NCBI GenBank assembly: GCA_037440005.1
Contig: JBBIUY010000032.1
Location: 1 to 34,564, forward strand
Length of the DNA stretch: 34,564 bases
Direction: 5' to 3'
Origin: Armatimonadota bacterium
GTDB lineage: Bacteria > Sysuimicrobiota > Sysuimicrobiia > Sysuimicrobiales > Kaftiobacteriaceae
The position numbers and the translations under genes are program-made. The notes beneath the pieces are model-generated. The model was not told where the DNA came from and searched no databases. It worked only from the letters and a program-made list of their open reading frames with translations. This document shows, one piece after another, positions 27,122 to 34,564 of the stretch (positions are counted from its first letter, which is position 1; the number at the start of each line of letters is the position of its first letter).

Positions 27122-28267
27122 TCAGGCCACCCGCGCCAGGGCCTGGCGCAGGTCCTCGATCAGGTCGTCGGCGTGCTCCAGGCCCACCGACAGGCGGATC
27201 AACCCCTCGTCCACCTGCAGGGGCGAGCCGGCCAGGCTGGCGTGGGTCATGCTGGCCGGGTGGTCCAGCAGGGACTCCACCCCTCCCAGGCTCTCGGCCA
27301 GGGTGAAGACCCGGGTGGCCGACGCCACGGCCCGCGCGGCCGGGCCCCCACCTCTGAGGATAAACGACACCATCCCCCCAAAGCCTGTCATCTGGCGCCG
27401 GGCCACCTCGTGGCCGGGATGGTCCGGCAGGCCCGGGTAGAACACCCGGGCCACGGCCGGGTGACCGCGCAGGAACTCGGCCACCCGCTGGGCGTTGCGG
27501 GCGTGGCGCTCCATGCGCACCGCCAGGGTCTTGATGCCCCGCAGGACCAGCCAGCAGTCAAAGGGCCCGGGGACGGCGCCGGCGGCGTTCTGGTGGAACT
27601 TCAGCGTCTCGTAGACGTCCTTGCTGTTGGTCACCACCGCGCCCCCGACCACGTCGCTGTGTCCGCCCAGGTACTTGGTGGTGGAGTGCACCACCACGTC
27701 GGCGCCCAGGGTCAGCGGCCGCTGGAAGTACGGAGAGGCGAAGGTGTTGTCCACGACCACCAGGGCGTCGTGGGCGTGGGCGAGGTCGGCGATGCGGGCG
27801 ATGTCCAGGATCTTCAGGTAGGGGTTGGTGGGGGTCTCCACCAGCACCAGCCGCGGACGGGCCTGCAGGGCCGCCTCGACCTGCCCCAGGTCGGTCATGT
27901 CCACGAACGCGGTCTCGATGCCGTACCGGCGGAGGACCCGCACGAACAGCCGGTAGGTGCCGCCGTAGACGTCGTCGGGGGCCAGGATGCGGTCGCCCGG
28001 GTTCAGCAGGTACGCCACGACGGTCAGGGCCGCCATCCCCGAGGCGAAGGCCAGGCCGTAAGTGGCCTCCTCCAAAGACGCCAGGCAGGTCTCCAGGGCC
28101 GTGCGGGTCGGGTTGGCGGTGCGGCTGTAGTCGTACCCCTTGTGCACCCCGGGAGCCGACTGGGCGTAGGTGGACGTCTGGTAGATGGGCGGGATGACGG
28201 CGCCGGTGGCGGGGTCGGGCGCCTGGCCCTCGTGGATGGCGCGGGTCTCGAACCGGTGACGGGCCAT
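27122..28267 (-). CDS. Cystathionine gamma-lyase/synthase
   Basis: PPIYQTSTY, YDYSRTANPTR, ETPTNP, DNTF, HSTTKYLGGHSD, AESLGGVESL, RLSVGLE. Confidence 0.92.
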   Translation of the reverse strand: MARHRFETRAIHEGQAPDPATGAVIPPIYQTSTYAQSAPGVHKGYDYSRTANPTRTALETCLASLEEATYGLAFASGMAALTVVAYLLNPGDRILAPDDVYGGTYRLFVRVLRRYGIETAFVDMTDLGQVEAALQARPRLVLVETPTNPYLKILDIARIADLAHAHDALVVVDNTFASPYFQRPLTLGADVVVHSTTKYLGGHSDVVGGAVVTNSKDVYETLKFHQNAAGAVPGPFDCWLVLRGIKTLAVRMERHARNAQRVAEFLRGHPAVARVFYPGLPDHPGHEVARRQMTGFGGMVSFILRGGGPAARAVASATRVFTLAESLGGVESLLDHPASMTHASLAGSPLQVDEGLIRLSVGLEHADDLIEDLRQALARVA

Positions 28268-28271
28268 GGGA

Positions 28272-28985
28272 TCAGACCGGCACCGCCGGCCCGGCGTCCA
28301 CGGCGAGCACGCGGTCCAGGGCGGCGATGGTCAGCGGCTTAAGGTCCAGGGCGAAGACGTCGGTGAAGGCGCGCAGGTACGCCTCCCGCACCTGGTCCAC
28401 CGGGACCGCCCGGCCCAGCACCCGGGCCATGGAGGTCACCGGCCGGTCCAGGCCGCAGGGGTTGATGACCGCGAAGTGGGAGAGGTCGGGATCCACGTTG
28501 AGGGCAAAGCCGTGCATGGTGACCTTGCGCTTGACGGCCACCCCCACCGCCGCGATCTTCTCCCCGTCCACCCACACGCCGGGGTAGCCCGCCAGCCGGG
28601 CGGCGGCGATGCCGTAGCCGCGCAGGGTGCGGATCAGCGTCTCCTCCAGCGCGCGCACGTAGCCCACCACGTCCTCCCGGTAGGTTCCCAGGTGGAGGAT
28701 GGGGTAGCCCACCAGCTGGCCCGGGCCGTGGTAGGTGACGCTGCCGCCCCGCTCCACCTCGTAGACCTCAAACCCCCGCCGGACCAGGACCTCCCGGGGC
28801 ACCAGCAGGTGCTCGGCCCGGGCGGAGCGGCCGAGGGTGATGACCGGGGGGTGCTCCAGCAGGATCAGCCCGTCGGCGATCCGGTCCTGCTGGCGGGCGG
28901 CCACCAGGCGCTTCTGCAGCGCCCAGGCGTCGGCGTACGGCGTGCGGCCGCGCAGGTCGAGCAACCAGCCCCGGCGGAGTGTCAT
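28272..28985 (-). CDS. lipB: Lipoyl(octanoyl) transferase
   Basis: LLEHPPVITLG, RGGSVTYHGPGQLVGYP, KIAAVG, HGFALN, INPCG. Confidence 0.93.
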   Translation of the reverse strand: MTLRRGWLLDLRGRTPYADAWALQKRLVAARQQDRIADGLILLEHPPVITLGRSARAEHLLVPREVLVRRGFEVYEVERGGSVTYHGPGQLVGYPILHLGTYREDVVGYVRALEETLIRTLRGYGIAAARLAGYPGVWVDGEKIAAVGVAVKRKVTMHGFALNVDPDLSHFAVINPCGLDRPVTSMARVLGRAVPVDQVREAYLRAFTDVFALDLKPLTIAALDRVLAVDAGPAVPV

Positions 28986-28992
28986 CGAATTG

Positions 28993-29001
28993 ATTGTACC
29001 A
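28993..29001 (-). promoter_or_regulatory. Extended -10 (TGgTACAAT) 7 nt before the lipB ATG, suggesting a leaderless transcript
   Basis: TGGTACAATcaattcgATG; no SD sequence. Confidence 0.65.
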
Positions 29002-29018
29002 GGAACAGGGCACAGAGC

Positions 29019-29063
29019 GGGATCGGGGATCTGAGATCTGGGATCTGAGATCGGGGATCGGGA
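29019..29063 (+). repeat. GRGATCN heptamer run
   Basis: About six tandem degenerate copies. Confidence 0.8.
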
Positions 29064-29094
29064 TGGGGGAAGGCGCAAAAGGAAGCGGTGACGG

Positions 29095-30447
29095 TTAGGT
29101 CAGCTGGATCCAGCGGCTATGCTCGCGCAGATAGTCGTCCAGGATCCGCTGCGCGACGACTGCGGACGGAACCAGTGGGTGGATGGCCAGAGCGCGCAGC
29201 GCCAGGGAGTAGGACTTCCGGACGGCGGCGGCGACAGTAGCGCGCTCATACATCTTGACCGTCACCATAAGCCCGCGCACGGCCTCAGGAACGGATCCGA
29301 CGGCAAAGGGGCGGATGCCCCCCGGAGACACGGCGCAGGGCACCTCGACCACGTCCTCGTCCTCCAGCTCCCTGATAGCCCCTCGGTTGGGTACGTTGAG
29401 GACGACCCGCGTGGGTGTCCCTCCCAGCAGGCCATCCAGCACCGACAGGGCCACCGCCTCATATCCGGACTCCTCGACACCTTCCAGGCGGAACCGCTCC
29501 CCGTGGCCGGGCAGCCCCGTCTCCACCTGCATGTAGCTTCCATGCCGGGCCGCAATATACTCTTCATACGCCGCAACGGCGCGCGCGGCGTCGGATCCGG
29601 CGGCGGCCAGGCGTTCCCACAACATGTGGTTTAGCTCCCGCACGTGCTCTGCCCGGGTCCGGCCGGCTGCTTTGATGTTGGCCACCGCCTCCCGGGCGAA
29701 ATAGTAGTAGTACAGGTACTCCTGAGGGACGACCCCCAGCGCCCGGACCAGCGCTCCCCCGAACCTCCGGAGTACCGGATCGCGAACCCTCTGGTCAAAG
29801 TGCTCCAACAGGTCCGGCAGCAGGTCTCGTCCCTGCAGGTAGATGCCTTTCACCCATCCCAGGTGGTTGAGTCCGAAGTAATCCACGTAGGTGTCGCCTG
29901 ACGGAATGTCCAGTGCCGAGGTCAGCGCCCGGACGAGCGCTCCCGGACCGTCACAGATGCCCACCGCGCGCACCCGGGCATGGGTCGTCAGCGCCTGGGT
30001 GATGAGTCCAGAGGGGTTGGTGAAATTGACAAGCCAGCAGTTGGGGGCGAGCTCCTCCAGCAGACGGGCGTACTCGAGCATCACCGGAATGGTCCGCATC
30101 GCCATAGCGAAGCCTCCGGGGCCGGTGGTCTCCTGGCCCAGGACGTCGTAGCGAAGGGGAACGACCTCGTCCACCACCCGGGCGGCGTCGCCGCCGACCC
30201 GCACGGCGCTGACTACCACGTCGGCCCCCTGCAGCGCCTGCCGGGCATCGTCGCTGAGGACCAGCCGGAAGGGATTCCCGGCGCGCCTCAGCTGCTCGGC
30301 CACCACAAGACCGATCAGCCTCAACCTCCGGGCGTCCACGTCGAGGAGGCGGACTTCCTCCAGCCGGTAGGTCCCGGCGCGCCGGAGCAGCCCCCGGATG
30401 AGAATGGGGGTGCGCACGCCACCACCCCCCAGAACGACGATCACCAT
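29095..30447 (-). CDS. Family 4 glycoside hydrolase (6-phospho-beta-glucosidase-like)
   Basis: LGGGGVRTP, GQETTGPGG, NFTNP, GICD, GLNHLGW. Confidence 0.9.
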   Translation of the reverse strand: MVIVVLGGGGVRTPILIRGLLRRAGTYRLEEVRLLDVDARRLRLIGLVVAEQLRRAGNPFRLVLSDDARQALQGADVVVSAVRVGGDAARVVDEVVPLRYDVLGQETTGPGGFAMAMRTIPVMLEYARLLEELAPNCWLVNFTNPSGLITQALTTHARVRAVGICDGPGALVRALTSALDIPSGDTYVDYFGLNHLGWVKGIYLQGRDLLPDLLEHFDQRVRDPVLRRFGGALVRALGVVPQEYLYYYYFAREAVANIKAAGRTRAEHVRELNHMLWERLAAAGSDAARAVAAYEEYIAARHGSYMQVETGLPGHGERFRLEGVEESGYEAVALSVLDGLLGGTPTRVVLNVPNRGAIRELEDEDVVEVPCAVSPGGIRPFAVGSVPEAVRGLMVTVKMYERATVAAAVRKSYSLALRALAIHPLVPSAVVAQRILDDYLREHSRWIQLT

Positions 30448-31382
30448 GTGCCGGCCACCCCTTCCTGTTCCGTCAGGGCGCGAAGAACCTCTTCCCATGT
30501 CGGCAGGGCATCAAGTCCGCCCACCGCGCGCGTCGAGTACGCCCCACAGATGACCCCCAGGCGCAGCGCCTCCGGCACGGACCCGCCCCGGAGCCACCCC
30601 GTCAGGAAGCCCGCATCAAACGCATCTCCCGCCCCCACCGTATCCACCGCGTCAACGGCGGGAGGCGGGATGATGTGGACATCACCGTCGTCCAGTGCCA
30701 TAGCCCCCCGAGGGCCGAGCTTGATCACCGGCACGCGCACGTGCTCTCGCAACCTCCGCAACGCCTGCTCGGCCGAGGGGGCACCCGTGAGCCGGAGAGC
30801 TTCGCGTTCATTGGGGAGAAACACATCGGCAGCCGCCAGCGCGGCGAAGTCGGCGTCGCTCCACCGCTCCGCCTCCATCCACCCGATATCCATAGACACC
30901 GTCGCGCCCCCCGGTCGTCCGTCCCGGACGAGAGCACGCAGGCGGCGCGGTCCCGCCACGTGAAGGTGGTGAAACGGGGAAAGTCCGCGCAGGAGCCCGG
31001 GGGCGTCGCGCAGGAGGTCGTCCCAGGCGTTGTTGACCCCCTCGTAGGTCACAAAGAATCTGTCGGCCCTCACCGACACCGCCGCCGAGACGCCGCAGCG
31101 CGTTCCGGGCACCCGACGGATGTGGTCCGTCCGGACCCCCTCAGCCGCCAGCCGTTCCAGCAGCGGCCCCGCCAGGGCATCGTCGCCCACGGCCGCCACG
31201 AGCGTAGTTGGCACGCCCAGACGCCGGAAGGCTACTGCGGTGATGGCGCTTCCTCCCGGGTACCAGGCGAACCGATCCGTGGCCACCTCCTCCCCCAGCG
31301 CCGGAATCCGGGGCAGGTCGGCAAACACCACGTCACAGTAGACAGGTCCCACCACCACCACGTGAAGATCACGCGCCGTCAC
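30441..31382 (-). CDS. PfkB family carbohydrate kinase
   Basis: PGGSA, VGDD, PNERE, KLGPRGA, DTVGAGDAF. Confidence 0.92.
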   Translation of the reverse strand: MTARDLHVVVVGPVYCDVVFADLPRIPALGEEVATDRFAWYPGGSAITAVAFRRLGVPTTLVAAVGDDALAGPLLERLAAEGVRTDHIRRVPGTRCGVSAAVSVRADRFFVTYEGVNNAWDDLLRDAPGLLRGLSPFHHLHVAGPRRLRALVRDGRPGGATVSMDIGWMEAERWSDADFAALAAADVFLPNEREALRLTGAPSAEQALRRLREHVRVPVIKLGPRGAMALDDGDVHIIPPPAVDAVDTVGAGDAFDAGFLTGWLRGGSVPEALRLGVICGAYSTRAVGGLDALPTWEEVLRALTEQEGVAGTW

Positions 31383-32233
31383 CGAAGCCCTCCCGCTGTC
31401 AAACCCGTGACCAGGTACCGCTGAAAGAGCAGGGCCATGATGACAGGAGGCAGGCTGGCGACCACCGCACCGGATGTCATCGCGCCCCAGTCGATGGTGA
31501 ACCGACCGATGAATTCGGCCAGCGCGATGGGCAGGGTCTTGGACGCGTAGCTGGTGGTGAAAATAAGCGCGTAGAGAAACTCATCCCAGGCGCCGAAAAA
31601 GACGAACACGGCCGTAGCCGCCAGCCCAGGAGCAGCCAGCGGCAGGGTAACCCGCCACAGCGCTCCCACACGGGTGCATCCGTCGATCCGGGCCGCGTCC
31701 TCCAGGTCCTGAGGAATGGTCCGGAAGTAGCCGTGCATGATCCAGATCACAAACGGCAGAGAGAAGACCGTGTAAGCCACCGTCAGGCCGGTGCGGGTGT
31801 TGATCAACCCGAGACTACGCATGATAAGGAACAGAGGAATCACCAGGACAATGGACGGCAGCAGCTGCAACGTCAGAGACGAGAGGAGCAGGGGACGGCT
31901 TCCCCAAAACCGGAGCCGCGCAAACGCGTAGGCCGCCGGAGTCCCCAGCAGCATGGAGATCACGGTGGTGGCCAGCGCCACGAGGACGCTGTTGCGGGCA
32001 GCCAGCAGGAAGGTGGCGGTCTGGAACTCGGGGTCCCGCGACGAGGTGAAAAGGCGCACGTAGTGCTCCAGGGTCGGCCGCAGCGGAATCACGTTGACAG
32101 ATCCCGCCAGAAGGTCGGCCTGGGTCTGGAGGCTGCTGCTGACAAGCCAGAGAAACGGGGCGAAAGTAAAAGCCGCATACCCTGCCAGCAAGATATACAA
32201 CAGGGGACGGCCCACCAGCCGGGCGCGGCTCAT
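31379..32233 (-). CDS. Carbohydrate ABC transporter permease (MalG-like)
   Basis: LEDAARIDG loop, NSVLVA, AYAFARL, hydrophobic segments. Confidence 0.92.
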   Translation of the reverse strand: MSRARLVGRPLLYILLAGYAAFTFAPFLWLVSSSLQTQADLLAGSVNVIPLRPTLEHYVRLFTSSRDPEFQTATFLLAARNSVLVALATTVISMLLGTPAAYAFARLRFWGSRPLLLSSLTLQLLPSIVLVIPLFLIMRSLGLINTRTGLTVAYTVFSLPFVIWIMHGYFRTIPQDLEDAARIDGCTRVGALWRVTLPLAAPGLAATAVFVFFGAWDEFLYALIFTTSYASKTLPIALAEFIGRFTIDWGAMTSGAVVASLPPVIMALLFQRYLVTGLTAGGLR

Positions 32234-33225
32234 GCGATCTCCTCCGCCGCAGCGCTCGCCTGCAGCGCCCGCAGGTAGAGCACCACCATGGCCAGTGTGG
32301 CCAGAGTAATCAGCCACGCCAGTGCCGATCCGTAGCCCACATGAAAGTACCGGAAGGCCTGTTGATACGTGTACAGGGCGAGGACCTGGGTGGCGTCGGC
32401 CGGCCCGCCCGACGTCAGAACAAAAATCATGTCAAACACCTTGAAGGCCTGCAGGCTGCGCAGGACGACAGCCACCAGAAGCGCCGGTCGCAGAAGCGGA
32501 AGAACCACGTACCGGAACACCTGCCACCGGCTGGCGCCGTCCACCGCCGCCGCCTCATACAGCGCCCAGGGGATCGGCTGGAGTCCAGCCAGCAAGAGGA
32601 GGGTCATAAAGGGCGTAGTCTTCCACACGTCGGCGACGATGACCGCCGGCATCGCCCACAGCGGATCTCCCAACCATACCACGGGGGCGTGGATGACACC
32701 CATGCGCACCAGTAGAGCATTGAGGATCCCGTAGGTGGGGTTGTAGATCCAGAACCACATCAAGGCGGTGCTCAGGGTAAGCATAGCCCACGGCACCAGT
32801 ACCAGCGACCGCAGCAGCTGGCGGCCGCGGAACTCCTCGTTGAGGAGGACGGCACCCACCAGCCCCAGTACCAGCTCCAGGGCCACCGAGGTCACCGTGA
32901 AGTAGACGGTGACCCCCACGCTCTTCCAAAAGTCGGGGTTCTGCAGGGCCTGCAGGTAATTCTCCACACCCACGAACGGACGGGCTCCGGGCAGCGCGAG
33001 CTCTACCCGGTGCAGCGACATCCACAACGACTGCACCAGGGGGAAAACCGCCACCGCCCCAATGGCAGCCATCGCCGGCAGGAGCAGCCATACCGCCAGG
33101 ACCCCCTCCCGGGGTTCCCGGGAGAGGACGGACGCGACGTGAATGAGACCCGGGAGGGCGGAAGCGGCTCCGCCCTCCCGGTGCAGGCTACTTGCCGAGA
33201 ATGCGCCGGACTTTGGCCGCCGCAT
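32230..33225 (-). CDS. Carbohydrate ABC transporter permease (MalF-like); start uncertain
   Basis: FVGVENY, DVWKTTPF, LYEAAAVDGA, TSGGP; in-frame ATGs at 33225 and 33072. Confidence 0.82.
   Translation of the reverse strand: MRRPKSGAFSASSLHREGGAASALPGLIHVASVLSREPREGVLAVWLLLPAMAAIGAVAVFPLVQSLWMSLHRVELALPGARPFVGVENYLQALQNPDFWKSVGVTVYFTVTSVALELVLGLVGAVLLNEEFRGRQLLRSLVLVPWAMLTLSTALMWFWIYNPTYGILNALLVRMGVIHAPVVWLGDPLWAMPAVIVADVWKTTPFMTLLLLAGLQPIPWALYEAAAVDGASRWQVFRYVVLPLLRPALLVAVVLRSLQAFKVFDMIFVLTSGGPADATQVLALYTYQQAFRYFHVGYGSALAWLITLATLAMVVLYLRALQASAAAEEIA
33150..33181 (-). terminator. 13-bp GC hairpin after the solute-binding gene (mRNA stabiliser or partial terminator)
   Basis: CCGGGAGGGCGGA-N6-TCCGCCCTCCCGG; no U-tract. 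Confidence 0.55.
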
Positions 33226-34450
33226 CGTCCAGCGCCCGCTTGGGGGCCTTCCGACCCAGCAACGCCTGGTGGAGTTCCGTGATGATGGCGTCGGCCACCT
33301 CGGTGTAGCGGGTGACAGCGGGACGGTTGTGGGCATACTTCAGCTGTTCGCCGTACTTGTCGAAATCGCGGAGCTCCTTAGCCAGTTGCGGATCCCGATA
33401 CAGGCGATCGTAAATGGGGAAAAAGCCGCCCCCCGTGAAGATCGCCCGCTGCACGTCCTCGGTGGTCATGAACTCGATCCACTTGAGGGCTGCCTCCTTG
33501 TTCCGGGATGTCTTCATGATGGAGTAATACTCGGGCCCCAGCACCGTTGACGACACCACGGGAGGTTGAGCCGGGATGAGGCCTACCCGGACCTGCCCCA
33601 CCACCCGCGACTGCTTGGGATCGCGGGAGGCAGGCTCGGTCCCCTCCCAGTTCAGGATCATGGCCGCCTTCCCGGCCAGGAAGGCTTTGTTGACCTCGTC
33701 CTCGTGTATGGTCAGAGACACCGGGTCTACCACCTTGTCCTCGCGCAACAGACGCACCATGTACTCCAGCGCCTGCAGCCCCGCACCTGTGTTAAACACG
33801 GGATTCCCGGCTTCGTCAAACAGCCGCGCGTTGGGAAACGCGAAGGTGAAGATGACCCAGTCAACCATCAGGGCCTCGTCCTTCACCCACGACATCACCG
33901 TACCCCAGACCTTGTTTGCCCCTGAGCCTCGGGTCAGCTTCCGGGCGTACGCGCGAAACTCGTCGAGCGTCCGCGGGGGCCGGGTGAAACCCGCCTCCCG
34001 GAGCATCTTCTCGTTGTAATAGAAATACTTGGCAGAGTTGAAAGCGGGAATGCCGTACAGCCGCCCGTTCACCGTGACGGCATCAAGGGTGGACTTGGTG
34101 ATCTGCCGCAGAAACTGATCCGGGAACTTGCCCGTCAAGTCCTCCAGCCAGCCCGCCTGCACGAACTGAGGAACCCAGATGACATCCACCCGCACTACGT
34201 CATAGGTCGGGACGTTGGACGCGCCAGCGGTGACGATCTTGTTGAAGCGATCCTGATACGGTACGAGGTTGAGGGTCACCTTGATCCCAGTTCGTTTTTC
34301 AAACTGCTCGAAAAACGGTTTGGCCGCGTCCTCGTACCCGCCAGTCCCCACCAGGACGGACAGCTCACCCGTCGGAGCAGAGGAGACGCGGGGAATGGCC
34401 GCGGCGAGGACCACAAGACTGACCGCGAGCACGACGCTCAGGCGCCGCAT
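33188..34450 (-). CDS. Carbohydrate ABC transporter solute-binding protein
   Basis: Signal peptide MRRLSVVLAVSLVVLAAA, FEKRTGIKV, NGRLYGIP, YYNEKML; GGAGGGAG RBS. Confidence 0.9.
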   Translation of the reverse strand: MRRLSVVLAVSLVVLAAAIPRVSSAPTGELSVLVGTGGYEDAAKPFFEQFEKRTGIKVTLNLVPYQDRFNKIVTAGASNVPTYDVVRVDVIWVPQFVQAGWLEDLTGKFPDQFLRQITKSTLDAVTVNGRLYGIPAFNSAKYFYYNEKMLREAGFTRPPRTLDEFRAYARKLTRGSGANKVWGTVMSWVKDEALMVDWVIFTFAFPNARLFDEAGNPVFNTGAGLQALEYMVRLLREDKVVDPVSLTIHEDEVNKAFLAGKAAMILNWEGTEPASRDPKQSRVVGQVRVGLIPAQPPVVSSTVLGPEYYSIMKTSRNKEAALKWIEFMTTEDVQRAIFTGGGFFPIYDRLYRDPQLAKELRDFDKYGEQLKYAHNRPAVTRYTEVADAIITELHQALLGRKAPKRALDDAAAKVRRILGK

Positions 34451-34564
34451 CCACACTCCCTCCCTCCCGGGCGATTCGTGCGTCATCCACACGCCCGGTC
34501 GTGGCTAGAGTGTCCTGTTTGGATGTAGTGTTTGCACTTGGGAGCCTCCCCCAAGGAAAGGGAG

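Overview
GC-rich bacterial window holding a ~29 kb sulfur-amino-acid and Fe-S cluster, almost entirely on the minus strand, followed by a sugar ABC/PfkB/GH4 block (29.1-34.5 kb). The cluster encodes split MetE, YitJ, an acyl-CoA dehydrogenase, SpeE, RtcB, Nfu and IscA. It also holds a moeZ-ADH-ADH-cupin operon, a divergent ferredoxin-NADP reductase, a mec-rrf2-sigH-anti-sigma block, a sulfurtransferase-hypothetical-ferritin-like-cupin operon, a SerK/SbnI-like kinase coupled to cysM, and lipB-CGL-cysO-CBS. Many intergenic gaps carry a modular composite repeat: about 25 BoxC-like hairpins plus several 7-, 8- and 9-nt tandem units. Main hypotheses: (1) two Zn dehydrogenases and a methylsulfurylase-type cupin form a RuBisCO-like-protein-free MTA-to-DXP/methanethiol shunt; (2) a free serine kinase feeds a CysO/CysM/Mec/MoeZ cysteine pathway; (3) an unannotated Cys-containing leader peptide attenuates the sulfurtransferase/diiron operon; (4) the repeat has a conserved module order and a hairpin/G-quadruplex core. 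All family calls come from motif recognition by eye and recalled sequences; no searches were run.
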